The translations under genes were made by a program, and so were the position numbers. Below, piece by piece: positions 1 to 9,563 of a DNA stretch of 64,000 bases. The first letter of the stretch is position 1. Each line of letters opens with the position of its first letter. Origin of the DNA: a virus. Its lineage: Duplodnaviria > Caudoviricetes. The stretch covers positions 13,537 through 77,536 of the IMG/VR virus record IMGVR_UViG_3300037295_000333; one strand, given 5' to 3'. Below the pieces are notes generated by a model. The model was not told the origin of the DNA. It ran no database searches and was given only the letters and a program-made list of their open reading frames with translations.

Positions 1-1940
1 ATATGGCGATTTGCTAATATTGAAGCAAAAAGTAAACGTCCCCTTTCTCCTCCACTAAATGATGAAAAAGTTCTTTCAATGTTTCTAATAATTACAACAT
101 TAATTTCCTCTTTTGTGGTTCCGTTTGCCAGCATCTTAAAGCCTTCCATTTTAATGGTTAAATCACTTCCCATTTCGTCTAAATATCTATTACAATGATA
201 CTCAATTACCCCTAATGATTGGTTGGCTAAAAACATCTTAAATTGCTTGAAATTTTGAATCCATTGATTTTTTAAATAGATTTCATCACCTATTTTGTTA
301 AATTTTTTTTCTGCTTCAATTAGTTCAATTTCTTTAATTTTTAAATCAGATTTTAAATCACTAATTTGTTTTAAATTGTTTCCCAATTCTAATGAATCAA
401 TATCAACTTTTAATAATTCAATTTTATTATTCTTGTTTTGGATTTCCTTTGTTACTGATTCAATTTCTAAATCAACATTTGAAAGCTTTACTTTTAATTG
501 ACTTAATTTAAATTCCCTGTCTACTTCTTGACTTTGGTTTACTCTAATTTCTTGCTCAAAACCTTTCATTTTTGCATCTTCAAAATTTAGTTTTTTTACT
601 ACAATTTGAAGTGCAGAGTTTAACTCTTGCTTTAACCCTATTTCTATTCCCTCTTTTTGATTTATATCTGATAAATCAGACTCAATGCTTAATATCTTAT
701 CCTTTAAATCAGATATTTTAATTTCATTTAAATCAAAATTAGTCTTTACAACTTCTCTTAATTCACTAACTTTTACCTTTTTCTCATTAAGTGCGTCAAT
801 GTCATCATCTAGTATAAAGTCGTGACTACATTTTGGACATGTAATTTTTCCGCTTAAACTTATGTCAACTTTATGAAGAATCTCAATTATTTTCTTTTCT
901 TGACTTTCAAAGCCTTGTTTTGATTCATTTAAAGGCTTTAAATTGTTTTTACAATCTAATACATCATCTTGAAAAGTTTTTCGCTCTAAGACCCAATTTT
1001 TAGCCTTAAAGTCATCAACAAGACTTTGAGCTTCATCTAATTCTAAACCAACTTTTTTAATATTAGGAAGCAAGTCACTTTTATTACTTTCAATTATACA
1101 AAATTTTGCAGCTAAAATTGATTTTTGTTCTTCATTTTCTTTTATTTCAATTTCAATACTAGGCGTTTTTAATCTAATTTTTTCAACAGATAAATGTAAA
1201 GCATCAATTTGATAGTTTACATTTTCAATTTCAGCTTTTAGCTTTTGTTTTTCAAATTCACTTTCCTCAGTAAAGTTTCGAGATTGTTCCTTTAAAATAC
1301 TTGTTTTTAAAAAGTCAATTGTCCCCTTTGTTCCATCTACTAAAGATGAAGCAGCTTTATGTTCAGCATTAATTTTTGTTAAATCAATTTGTTCAATCCC
1401 ATCAATAATGCTTGCATCTGAAAATCGATTAATTAGGGCAACTTTGTCTGTATTTGAGGACTTAAAAAAAGATTTGAATTGAGTATTATTAACTACATAA
1501 TAATTAAATAAATCTTCTCGACTAATTGCAAACCAATCCATAATAGCCTTCTTTCCATCGGCAACATTTGAAAAACTAACATCTACCCAATGATCTGAAT
1601 CATACTCTTTTGTTTTTAAACGCAATACGTTTGAACCAGTAATTTTTATTTCCCAATCAATATGTAAAGATTGTTTCCTAATATTACAACTGGCATATAG
1701 TTGACATCTAGCCTGTTTTTTACCGTATGTAATAATTTCACTATCCCTTACCCCCCTACTATTTGAAGCCGTAATACACTGCTCAATTCCAGTTTGTAGT
1801 CCTGATTTACCTGTTCCATTAGTTACTTGACCGTCATCAGTTAAATTAAGCCCTTGAATTAACAAAGGCTTATTTTCAAAAGTGTAATCAAGAAATTCGT
1901 ATGTAAGAAAGTCGTTTAAAATTAGTCTATCTAAAGTCAT
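1..1940 (-). CDS. sbcC: SbcC/Rad50 (gp46-like) ABC ATPase, recombination nuclease subunit; runs off the left edge
   Basis: Not in the ORF track because there is no stop in the window. Translated by hand from ATG 1940: MTLDRLILNDFLTYEFLDYTF, Walker A NGTGKS, long coiled coil, zinc hook CPKC near 830-845, signature FSGGERGRL near 30-60. Confidence 0.9.
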   Translation of the reverse strand, partial: MTLDRLILNDFLTYEFLDYTFENKPLLIQGLNLTDDGQVTNGTGKSGLQTGIEQCITASNSRGVRDSEIITYGKKQARCQLYASCNIRKQSLHIDWEIKITGSNVLRLKTKEYDSDHWVDVSFSNVADGKKAIMDWFAISREDLFNYYVVNNTQFKSFFKSSNTDKVALINRFSDASIIDGIEQIDLTKINAEHKAASSLVDGTKGTIDFLKTSILKEQSRNFTEESEFEKQKLKAEIENVNYQIDALHLSVEKIRLKTPSIEIEIKENEEQKSILAAKFCIIESNKSDLLPNIKKVGLELDEAQSLVDDFKAKNWVLERKTFQDDVLDCKNNLKPLNESKQGFESQEKKIIEILHKVDISLSGKITCPKCSHDFILDDDIDALNEKKVKVSELREVVKTNFDLNEIKISDLKDKILSIESDLSDINQKEGIEIGLKQELNSALQIVVKKLNFEDAKMKGFEQEIRVNQSQEVDREFKLSQLKVKLSNVDLEIESVTKEIQNKNNKIELLKVDIDSLELGNNLKQISDLKSDLKIKEIELIEAEKKFNKIGDEIYLKNQWIQNFKQFKMFLANQSLGVIEYHCNRYLDEMGSDLTIKMEGFKMLANGTTKEEINVVIIRNIERTFSSFSGGERGRLLFASILANRH

Positions 1941-1941
1941 T

Positions 1942-2412
1942 TTATTTTTGTTTTAGTTCTTCAATTTTAATATTGTTTTCTAACATTAATATTTTAATAG
2001 ATTTAATTGCCTCTATTTTTTTAAGGTCAATTTTTCTAGCATGTCTCCATTTACAAAAGTACCCCTCTTCATTCTCAACGACAATATTACCATCTTTAGA
2101 ATATCCTATAAACAAACCTTTTTCATTGTAATATATACCATCACTAACTTCAATCTCTTCTAAATGTTCAAACTTTGGTTTAATTTCTTTAAAAGAAATA
2201 ATTTCTGCAAACCCTAAATCTTTATCCCATAGATTTAAACACTTTCCTGGAAATGAGTTTATATCTATCCAATACTCCTCAAAATCCAAATAAATATCTT
2301 TAACGATATGTACAGAAATATCACATACTATTTCAGAGTAAACGCATTTTACTTCTTTTGCATTTTTAAAATACTCTTTTACTTCTTCTAATGTTGGAGT
2401 CTCTTTTTTCAT
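1942..2412 (-). CDS. hypothetical phage protein (LEEVKEYFKNA N-terminal family)
   Basis: ORF track; in operon; N-terminus shared with 2431-2853 and 58177-58626. Confidence 0.75.
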   Translation of the reverse strand: MKKETPTLEEVKEYFKNAKEVKCVYSEIVCDISVHIVKDIYLDFEEYWIDINSFPGKCLNLWDKDLGFAEIISFKEIKPKFEHLEEIEVSDGIYYNEKGLFIGYSKDGNIVVENEEGYFCKWRHARKIDLKKIEAIKSIKILMLENNIKIEELKQK

Positions 2413-2430
2413 AATTTTTTGTTTTTAAAT

Positions 2431-2853
2431 TTATTTTTCTTGTCCTATTAAAAATGATATATTATTAGTTACATTTTCATTTAAAATTGATATACATTCC
2501 CCTTTTTTATTCATAACCATTAAAGTTTTTCCCTTAATGTTATACAAGTAATCTGTAAGTCCTTTATTATCTCTCAAGCTATAGCCCCTTATAAGTAATT
2601 TACCTTCAAAAATTACATCAAAATAATTTAAAAGTCTTTTAGGCTTTTTATCATTATTCATTTCAATAATTTCTGAAAAATTACCGTTTATATATGCTGC
2701 ATAAGAAATTCCTTTTACATCAAAGTAATAACTATCTTCTATCCATACACCCTCTCTAGGAACAATATTTTTTATATTAACTACTTGACCATATGGATAA
2801 GTTTTAATATTTTCTGCATCCTTAAAATGCTCAATAACATCTTTTAAATTCAT
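2431..2853 (-). CDS. hypothetical phage protein
   Basis: ORF track; downstream of a TACATTTG promoter element at 2881-2888. Confidence 0.75.
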   Translation of the reverse strand: MNLKDVIEHFKDAENIKTYPYGQVVNIKNIVPREGVWIEDSYYFDVKGISYAAYINGNFSEIIEMNNDKKPKRLLNYFDVIFEGKLLIRGYSLRDNKGLTDYLYNIKGKTLMVMNKKGECISILNENVTNNISFLIGQEK

Positions 2854-2880
2854 ATTTTATTTTTTAATTATTTATAATAG

Positions 2881-2888
2881 CAAATGTA
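2881..2888 (-). promoter_or_regulatory. Bacteroidota primary-sigma promoter -7 element (TAnnTTTG)
   Basis: Minus strand TACATTTG with TTG about 20 nt upstream. The same element is at 6895, 7716, 9492, 15838, 43131, 44346, 45175, 48077, 61921 and 63544, each a short distance upstream of a gene start or RNA-like element. Confidence 0.75.
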
Positions 2889-2930
2889 ATAATATTATTT
2901 TAATAAACAAGTTTTTATTCATAAATTTTA

Positions 2931-2965
2931 AAAACAAAAAGTCCCAATCTATTTGATGGGACTTA
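2931..2965 (-). terminator. intrinsic terminator after recA
   Basis: GTCCCATC...GATTGGGAC hairpin followed by a T-tract on the minus strand. Confidence 0.75.
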
Positions 2966-2971
2966 GTTTAA

Positions 2972-3973
2972 TTATTTATTTTTTAAAGTTGATCTTAACT
3001 CCTCATATAGTTCTGGATTGTCATCTAAAACTACCCTTAATTTCTTTATACCTTGAGCAATATTGCTACCTTTATATTTAAACCAAGCACCTGCCTTTTC
3101 AAGAATTTCTTCAAAAACAAGTGATTCAATAAGTCCAGGAAAATCATCAACTCCTATACCGTATGTAATGTTATTTTCAATTACCTTAAAAGGTGGTGCA
3201 ACTTTATTTTTTACTGAAGTAATTTGTTGTTTAAATCCAATTACATCTTCCCCTTCCTTTATTTGACCTTTATTTTTTACTTCAAGTCTTTGGGAAGCAT
3301 AGAACTTTAAAGCCATTCCTCCTGAAGTAGTTTCTGCTGGACCGTACATGGCAATAGTTTTTCTAAGTTGATTTATAAAAATTATTGTGCATCCTACCGT
3401 AGAAGCTGGACCTGCAATTAACTTCATACCTTGAGACATCATTCTTGCTTGTAACGCCATTTTTACCTCCCCCGATTCCCCTTCTAATTCTGCTTTTGGA
3501 ACTAATGCAGAAACGGAATCAACGACAATTAAATCAACTTCTGCTGTATTAATTAATGCTCTAATTGTTTCAAATGCCTGTTCTCCGTATGATGGTTGAG
3601 ATATAAGCAAATCATCTACGTTTACCCCAATAGAGGTGCAATATTCAGTATTTAAAGCGTGTTCTGCATCTATAATGGCAGCTAATCCGCCTGCCTTCTG
3701 TATTTCTCTAATTGCCTCTAATGCAAGACCTGTTTTCCCTGCTCCTGATTGAGCAAAAATTTCAATTATTTTTCCCACTGCATAACCTCCACCCAATGCA
3801 ATATCTAAATCAGCTCTTCCAGTTGAAAATGTATCAATTCCCGTATTAGCATCAGACATTCTCATTACAACAGGCTCTCCAAATCTTTTGGCTAGTGCTG
3901 CAATTGCAGCATCAATTGCTTTTGAATTTTTCTTTTGCGGTTCTTCTTTTTTTACTACTTTTTCTTTAGACAT
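2972..3973 (-). CDS. recA: RecA recombinase
   Basis: GGGYAVGKIIEIFAQSGAGKT, IDAEHAL, SQPSYGEQA, VVDSVSALVPKAELEG, QARMMSQ, FINQLR, KNKVAPPF. Confidence 0.97.
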   Translation of the reverse strand: MSKEKVVKKEEPQKKNSKAIDAAIAALAKRFGEPVVMRMSDANTGIDTFSTGRADLDIALGGGYAVGKIIEIFAQSGAGKTGLALEAIREIQKAGGLAAIIDAEHALNTEYCTSIGVNVDDLLISQPSYGEQAFETIRALINTAEVDLIVVDSVSALVPKAELEGESGEVKMALQARMMSQGMKLIAGPASTVGCTIIFINQLRKTIAMYGPAETTSGGMALKFYASQRLEVKNKGQIKEGEDVIGFKQQITSVKNKVAPPFKVIENNITYGIGVDDFPGLIESLVFEEILEKAGAWFKYKGSNIAQGIKKLRVVLDDNPELYEELRSTLKNK

Positions 3974-3978
3974 ATAGT

Positions 3979-4704
3979 TTACTTTTTGTTTATTCTCTCC
4001 TCAGCTATTTTAAAATAATTGTCATCCATTTCGATACCAATAAAGTTACGGTTAGTATTGACACAAGCCACTCCAGTTGATCCGCTTCCCATGCAATTAT
4101 CTAAAACGGTTTCATTTTTGTTTGTGTAGGTTTTGATTAAATACTCCATTAGTTCAACAGGTTTTTGCGTGGGGTGTAATTTTGACTTTTGCTTGTTACT
4201 GGAAAATTTTAATACGCTTCTAGGGTATCTTTCAGTAGAGTCATAAGTAGTTAATTTTTGCCCTTTATTGTAAACCTCACTTTCAGAGCAATTAACTTTA
4301 TGTTCAGCTTTACTGACTTTTCTTTTATGTCCCTCCGTTTTTTGATAATTATAAATAGGATTTTTTTTGTAAAAAACCAAAACATTTTTATGCGCCTTCA
4401 TAGGCATTTTTTTTGCATTTAAATGTCCAGTTGCACTTGATTTTTCCCAAATCCATTCATATCTTAATAATTTTAAGTTTGAAGCTCCTAAAACCTTATC
4501 AAACGGAGTTTGAGCTGTCAATAAAATTGCTCCATTGGGCTTTATAATTCTCTCATATTGTAACCACATTAATTTTAAGTCTATAATGCAATCCCACTTA
4601 CATTTAGTTGTACCATAAGGTAAATCACAAAGAATCATATCTACGCTACCATCTGGTATGTTTTTCATTAGTTCTAGGCAGTCGCCATGCATTAAATTTA
4701 TCAT
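3979..4704 (-). CDS. DNA methyltransferase, N4C/N6A beta class
   Basis: Motif IV DLPY near the N-terminus, HPTQKP, motif I DNCMGSGSTG near the C-terminus. Confidence 0.9.
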   Translation of the reverse strand: MINLMHGDCLELMKNIPDGSVDMILCDLPYGTTKCKWDCIIDLKLMWLQYERIIKPNGAILLTAQTPFDKVLGASNLKLLRYEWIWEKSSATGHLNAKKMPMKAHKNVLVFYKKNPIYNYQKTEGHKRKVSKAEHKVNCSESEVYNKGQKLTTYDSTERYPRSVLKFSSNKQKSKLHPTQKPVELMEYLIKTYTNKNETVLDNCMGSGSTGVACVNTNRNFIGIEMDDNYFKIAEERINKK

Positions 4705-4709
4705 ATTAA

Positions 4710-5735
4710 TTACTTTTTATTTAAAAATTCATCTAATATTTCATAACCTACTTTATGGTCAAGTTTTTTTTCTTCACAAAAAGTTTTGAAGGCATTTACA
4801 ACTGTTCCCAAATCAAACTTTTTAATTAATTTAGGTGACTCTTTTTTTTTGTCACTTGCATATACTTTTGTGTAATTCAATTTTACATCAATACCGCTTC
4901 CTTCAAAAATACTTTTATCCAAAGACTTTAATTTTGCCTCGCTTCCTACAAACTCAAATCTAACCGCATCTTGACTTTGTTTATTGCTCTCTATGAGCTT
5001 AACTATTTCTTTAGCGGTAAGTTTGTCAATATCTAAAGTTATCTTCTTAAACTCTCTAAAAACGCCTTGTATGTGCGTATGAGTTAAGTCATTATAAATC
5101 AAAGAAAATCCTTTTACATTATCTTCTCCAAAATCCTGTTGTCTAAAAGAAGCTAAATGAATAATATCTTTTGTTATCTTGTGCGTATTATGATAGTGAC
5201 CCAAGTAAGTCTTTTTCCATTTATTTAATGTCCTTCGGGTTATATTTCCTTTCTCGCTAACTTTTCCCAAATGACTCGACCCTTTCATTTCAAAGTGACT
5301 AATCAACATATCTGAATCTTTAGTTTCTTCTAGCATTGGAACTAGAATAGAGTCGTCAAAAAATGGAATTAAAGTAACTGATTTTCCCTCTATATTAATT
5401 AAAGTAGGTTTAGTGTACAGTTCAAAATTAGGATGAAATCTATAAATGTCTAAGAAAGAAGTAAAACTAAAATAATCTGTTTTGTCGTGATTACCTGGTA
5501 TTGCAATTAGTCTAATTCCAGCACCATTTATAATAGAAAAAATTTCATCACACGCATTTAGTACACTCTCTTTTTGATTGCTCCTTGAGTGAAACAAATC
5601 ACCTGCAAAAACAATAGTTTTAATACTGTTTTCATTTGCATAATTTACCATATGGCGAGTGGAGATAAGAGTTTCCTCTTCATTTCCTGATTTTAAGTGA
5701 ACGTCATTAAAAATTATAAATAATGGTTTTTTCAT
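4710..5735 (-). CDS. sbcD: SbcD/Mre11 (gp47-like) metallophosphoesterase nuclease
   Basis: NDVH, AGDLFH, PGNHD, SHF and LGHYH motifs; same operon as the SbcC-like gene. Confidence 0.9.
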   Translation of the reverse strand: MKKPLFIIFNDVHLKSGNEEETLISTRHMVNYANENSIKTIVFAGDLFHSRSNQKESVLNACDEIFSIINGAGIRLIAIPGNHDKTDYFSFTSFLDIYRFHPNFELYTKPTLINIEGKSVTLIPFFDDSILVPMLEETKDSDMLISHFEMKGSSHLGKVSEKGNITRRTLNKWKKTYLGHYHNTHKITKDIIHLASFRQQDFGEDNVKGFSLIYNDLTHTHIQGVFREFKKITLDIDKLTAKEIVKLIESNKQSQDAVRFEFVGSEAKLKSLDKSIFEGSGIDVKLNYTKVYASDKKKESPKLIKKFDLGTVVNAFKTFCEEKKLDHKVGYEILDEFLNKK

Positions 5736-5784
5736 GTTATTGTTTCTTTACTGCATTTCTAGATATTCTCATAGCTTTTTATAT

Positions 5785-5812
5785 AAAAACCCACCCGTAA
5801 TGGATGGGTTAA
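5785..5812 (-). terminator. intrinsic terminator after putative SSB
   Basis: AACCCATCC-ATTAC-GGGTGGGTT hairpin with T-tract on the minus strand. Confidence 0.65.
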
Positions 5813-5836
5813 ATTAATTAATATTAAAATTGTTTT

Positions 5837-6766
5837 TTAGTTTCCCATTAAGGCATCAAGTTGACTATCAATGTCAGTTTTTTCAACCTCTGCATTTGCA
5901 GAACCAAATGGAAGCTCTTCTTCATTTTGACTTAAATTATACCAAGTAACTAAATCTTCTTTACTTAAATCAGGTAAACTTTTACCTTCATAATTTTCAG
6001 AAATATAGTTTTTTAACTCTCTTTTCATCTTTAATGGAGTTGCCCCTAAAACTTCTTTAAACTCTTCTTTTTCAATTACTTTTGCCTTTACTGGCTTTTC
6101 TATTGACTCACTAAAATCAGCATCTTCATCTTCATCAGATTGTACAATCTCTTCTTTTTCCTTAACCTTTGCAACCTCTTTTTTTGGTAATTCACTTAAT
6201 GGTTTAAATTTTGGAATTACACTTTCTTCAATTTCTGCTACATACCACTCAGTCAAATCTTCAAAGTATCTTTTTACTTTCTTTTTATCTCCTGATTTAA
6301 ACAGCCCCTCTGCAGCTTGTGGCGCATCATCATTTCTCAAATCAATTTTTTGACCATCTTGTTTAAATGAAATTCCTTGAGCTCGCTTTTTATCTGTACC
6401 AATAAAGTCATATGGCTTTATGTAAACTGGTTTTGATAAATCGGCTTTTAACATCATTTTCATAATGTCTTGACTATTTCTATTGTTTGTAGAAATAGAT
6501 AGGATATATCTATCTCCTGAAGCATCAACGGTAACATTAATATTCTCACCGTATTGTTCATGCGTTCTAAATTGTGCCCCTACAATAGTACCTGTAAGGT
6601 CACTGTATCTTGCACCTTGCCTTTGATCTTCTTCTCCGTTTGCTCTTACAAATTTTTGTGTTGCAAAATTAACGTCTGATTCATCCGCTTTTCTATCCCA
6701 AATGTAACCACCTGCAATTGATAAAAATGTTGCTCCACCTTCTTGTACTGTACCTAATCCACTCAT
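5837..6766 (-). CDS. putative single-stranded DNA-binding protein
   Basis: Aromatic/beta-rich N-terminal domain, long acidic tail (QSDEDEDADFSE...DIDSQLDALMGN), next to RecA and SbcD. Assignment is an inference. Confidence 0.5.
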   Translation of the reverse strand: MSGLGTVQEGGATFLSIAGGYIWDRKADESDVNFATQKFVRANGEEDQRQGARYSDLTGTIVGAQFRTHEQYGENINVTVDASGDRYILSISTNNRNSQDIMKMMLKADLSKPVYIKPYDFIGTDKKRAQGISFKQDGQKIDLRNDDAPQAAEGLFKSGDKKKVKRYFEDLTEWYVAEIEESVIPKFKPLSELPKKEVAKVKEKEEIVQSDEDEDADFSESIEKPVKAKVIEKEEFKEVLGATPLKMKRELKNYISENYEGKSLPDLSKEDLVTWYNLSQNEEELPFGSANAEVEKTDIDSQLDALMGN

Positions 6767-6936
6767 AATAATGTTTTTTAAAATTGTTTTTTATTTAAGG
6801 ACTTTTATTTTAGGGTAAATTTTGCCTTATATTTTTATACCCGACTAGCAATCTAATTACTTTTACATAATGTATTATTTAAATTAATATTTTACAAAGT
6901 TAATTATTTTATTTGCCTTTGCAACTATTTTTATAT

Positions 6937-7494
6937 TTATTTTAAACTTGAATTTTTGCCACTCTTTTGAATTAAAATACCATTTATTTTACCCTCTATA
7001 ATTCCAGCTATAAAATCTTCAGGGGTTGTTCGGGAAACTAATCCATTTAACTTTCTACTTTTATCTTGAACTGCCCAATAAAGGGAATCTAAAGCATTAA
7101 AGTTTCGCTCTGATTTATAAAATTGTTTTTCTAATACAATCCATTTTTCCTCATTGTGAAAGCAAGTACTTAATGAACTCTCTGTAAGTTTTACTTTTAC
7201 ATATTCATTGTCAACTCTAATTGTATAGTTTCCTGAGTTTTTTGAAGCCTCGCTTCTTAGCTTTGATTTATAAGCCCCTTCAAAAATCTTGATTTCTAAT
7301 TTTAAGTCAGCCATAATGCCACCTACTTCAGCTTTTAATAAACCAATTCTATTTGTAGCTGCCGATATAGTAACTGCTTCACCAAACAAGTTTGAAGTAT
7401 CAATTCTAGTTAAATCATCAACATTAATAACGTCATCAAAGTTATCATGTGAAAGCGTTATTTCTTGTTGCCCTATTTGAATTTTGTATTCCAT
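6937..7494 (-). CDS. putative UvsY-like recombination mediator
   Basis: Helical protein; DDLTRIDTSNLFGEAV resembles the T4 UvsY N-terminus by eye; recombination operon context. Confidence 0.4.
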   Translation of the reverse strand: MEYKIQIGQQEITLSHDNFDDVINVDDLTRIDTSNLFGEAVTISAATNRIGLLKAEVGGIMADLKLEIKIFEGAYKSKLRSEASKNSGNYTIRVDNEYVKVKLTESSLSTCFHNEEKWIVLEKQFYKSERNFNALDSLYWAVQDKSRKLNGLVSRTTPEDFIAGIIEGKINGILIQKSGKNSSLK

Positions 7495-7505
7495 AATTTT
7501 AATAT

Positions 7506-7697
7506 TTAGTTTAAATTAAATTTTTTTTTAAATTCTTTTTCTGCCCATTTTTCCCAATAAATATGTCCTTCTTTTGTATTTTACCAGTTAAATGCTGGAT
7601 CTAAGTTATCTGTTGTTTTGTCCCAATCTTTATTTGCATTTCTTTGATTCACTAATGCCCTTTCTTTTACCTCTTGTGGTAGTTGTGATATTTTCAT
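7506..7697 (-). pseudogene. free-standing paralog of the dUTPase N-terminal extension, with in-frame TAA
   Basis: MKISQLPQEVKERALVNQRNANKDWDKTTDNLDPAFNW*NTKEGHIYWEKWAEKEFKK; similarity to 15902-16537 continues past the TAA at 7583-7581. Confidence 0.7.
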
Positions 7698-7757
7698 AAT
7701 TTCTATTTTTTTTATCAAAGATAATAATTAATTTAACATAAACAAGTTTTTTGTAAA

Positions 7758-8609
7758 TTAAATTGCAATTTCCAATTTTTTGCTCAATACTGTTGGTTCA
7801 TATGGATTTTCAATAATAAAATCAGAAAAAGTATATAAGTAAAAGTTTTTATTCTCTTTTAATTTCATAGAAAAAGATTTTTCTGAACATTCTCTTTCCC
7901 TTAATTCATCAATGGCAAACATATGCCTATCGTATATATGAATGTTTTGAACATTGTATTTAAAATTATTTAATTTATGTTCAATTCCTGTTTTATAAGT
8001 AAGGTGCCCACAAATAGCCATTCCAAACATTACATATTGAATTGGATTAATTGAGGACGTCATTATGTAATCTTGTGATCTTTGATTTAGTGTCATATCA
8101 ACATACATTTCCCCATTTGATTTTGATAAAGTATATAATGTTTCATAAGCGCATGGAACCAATGCTTTATTATCTTCAATCATTTGTTGCTCTTGCCACA
8201 AATTAATTATATGCCTTCTACTAAATGGATTGCCTATCATTCCATTTAATAACTTATTCATTAAGTCATATCTTCTTACTGTGTGACCGTATGTTTGACC
8301 AATACAATTATTTTTCACTTTAAATGGTTTCCACCAAGGCTGAATCGAAGGATGCATTTCTGAGATAATGTTTGTTTGATTTATATAAATTGCCTCAATA
8401 TCAAACCATGCACATCTAATGGCTGTAGGTCTTAATGAGGTTATTGGGAATTCTACTTTTAATATGTTGTAATCAAAAGTTTTTTGAGTAATGAATTTAC
8501 TATAAGATTGAGTTCCATCTAACCATTTAGGTCTAGGATTTTTATCCCATTGTCCAAAAGTATTTATTTCCTCTAATGTTTCTAAAAAGTATTTATCGGC
8601 TTTGTTCAT
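7758..8609 (-). CDS. thyA: thymidylate synthase
   Basis: GQTYG, PFSRRHIINLW, LVPC catalytic Cys, NQRSQD, N of SSINP, NIHIYDRH; start moved to MNKADK at 8609. Confidence 0.93.
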   Translation of the reverse strand: MNKADKYFLETLEEINTFGQWDKNPRPKWLDGTQSYSKFITQKTFDYNILKVEFPITSLRPTAIRCAWFDIEAIYINQTNIISEMHPSIQPWWKPFKVKNNCIGQTYGHTVRRYDLMNKLLNGMIGNPFSRRHIINLWQEQQMIEDNKALVPCAYETLYTLSKSNGEMYVDMTLNQRSQDYIMTSSINPIQYVMFGMAICGHLTYKTGIEHKLNNFKYNVQNIHIYDRHMFAIDELRERECSEKSFSMKLKENKNFYLYTFSDFIIENPYEPTVLSKKLEIAI

Positions 8610-8741
8610 TTTTATTTTAGTAATTATAATTTTAATACCTTTATAGCATGTAGTCAATAGTTGTGGTGCAATTAAAAATAACACAACACGTTATATAATT
8701 AATGCTCGGTTTAGTTCGGTTAATAAAGTTCGTGATTCTTG

Positions 8742-9467
8742 TCAAATTTTGCTTAATATATGATATTGTGGATATTGTTTTAATAATTTTTCCTTTAATA
8801 AAATTGGGTTTTCATTATTATAATTTTTAGTTTTTTTAGCTTGTAAATTAGCACTACTGCAAACTATCCTTAATACTGAACGATTTTCATGAAATTTATA
8901 AAATGAGTTAATTATATTTTTGTCTAATATTTCTTGAATTTCTGATGTTCCTAAGTCTTTTGATAATTTTATTTCATCTAAATTAATTTTATTTACTAAG
9001 ATAAATTCAAGCATAATACTATTAAAGGTTAAAGGGTAAACATGGTCAACATGAGAATATATTTTTTTAAATTTTAAATTTGTTTGACTGCAAATAAATT
9101 TATCTTTATCGCCAACTATTTTAAATGCAGAATCTCTAAAAGAATCAGTTTGATCTTTAACAACATTCCTAAAAATAGATCCCCAATTTTTGTTTTTAGA
9201 AAATTTTTGTTGTGGATTAAGGCATTTATAAAAACTGAAATCGGTAGTAGTTCCATCAATTCTTTGAACCATAAAATTAAATTGATTTACTCTCCATTTA
9301 GATTTTTGAACAAAAAAATAATCAAGACCACCGCCTATCTTTTCATTAACATTTGGATGGGATTTTAAAAGTTCAAATAGTATTTTGTGTTCATAGCTAT
9401 ATTTATCAATTTTTAAATTAGCAAATTTATATAAAATTTTTTGTATTTTTTCTTTAGTCATTTTCAT
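8742..9467 (-). CDS. DCL/DUF3223-like domain fused to an HNH-like C-terminal domain
   Basis: LLKSHPNVNEKIGGGLDYFFV...RIDGTTTDFSFYKCL matches the DCL pattern; HVDHVYP...FH...VCSSANL is beta-beta-alpha-metal-like. Confidence 0.65.
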   Translation of the reverse strand: MKMTKEKIQKILYKFANLKIDKYSYEHKILFELLKSHPNVNEKIGGGLDYFFVQKSKWRVNQFNFMVQRIDGTTTDFSFYKCLNPQQKFSKNKNWGSIFRNVVKDQTDSFRDSAFKIVGDKDKFICSQTNLKFKKIYSHVDHVYPLTFNSIMLEFILVNKINLDEIKLSKDLGTSEIQEILDKNIINSFYKFHENRSVLRIVCSSANLQAKKTKNYNNENPILLKEKLLKQYPQYHILSKI

Positions 9468-9563
9468 AAGTTATTTTTTAAGTTTATTTTTCAAAGATAG
9501 TTATAATAATTTAATATGCAAATAAAAAAACAAAAAAGCCTTTAAAAAAATAAGGGCTTAAAA

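Noticed and set aside
7758-8609. dCMP hydroxymethylase or base-modification pathway
   Set aside because: Retains the Asn that specifies dUMP and all ThyA motifs; no glycosyltransferase or other modification genes nearby
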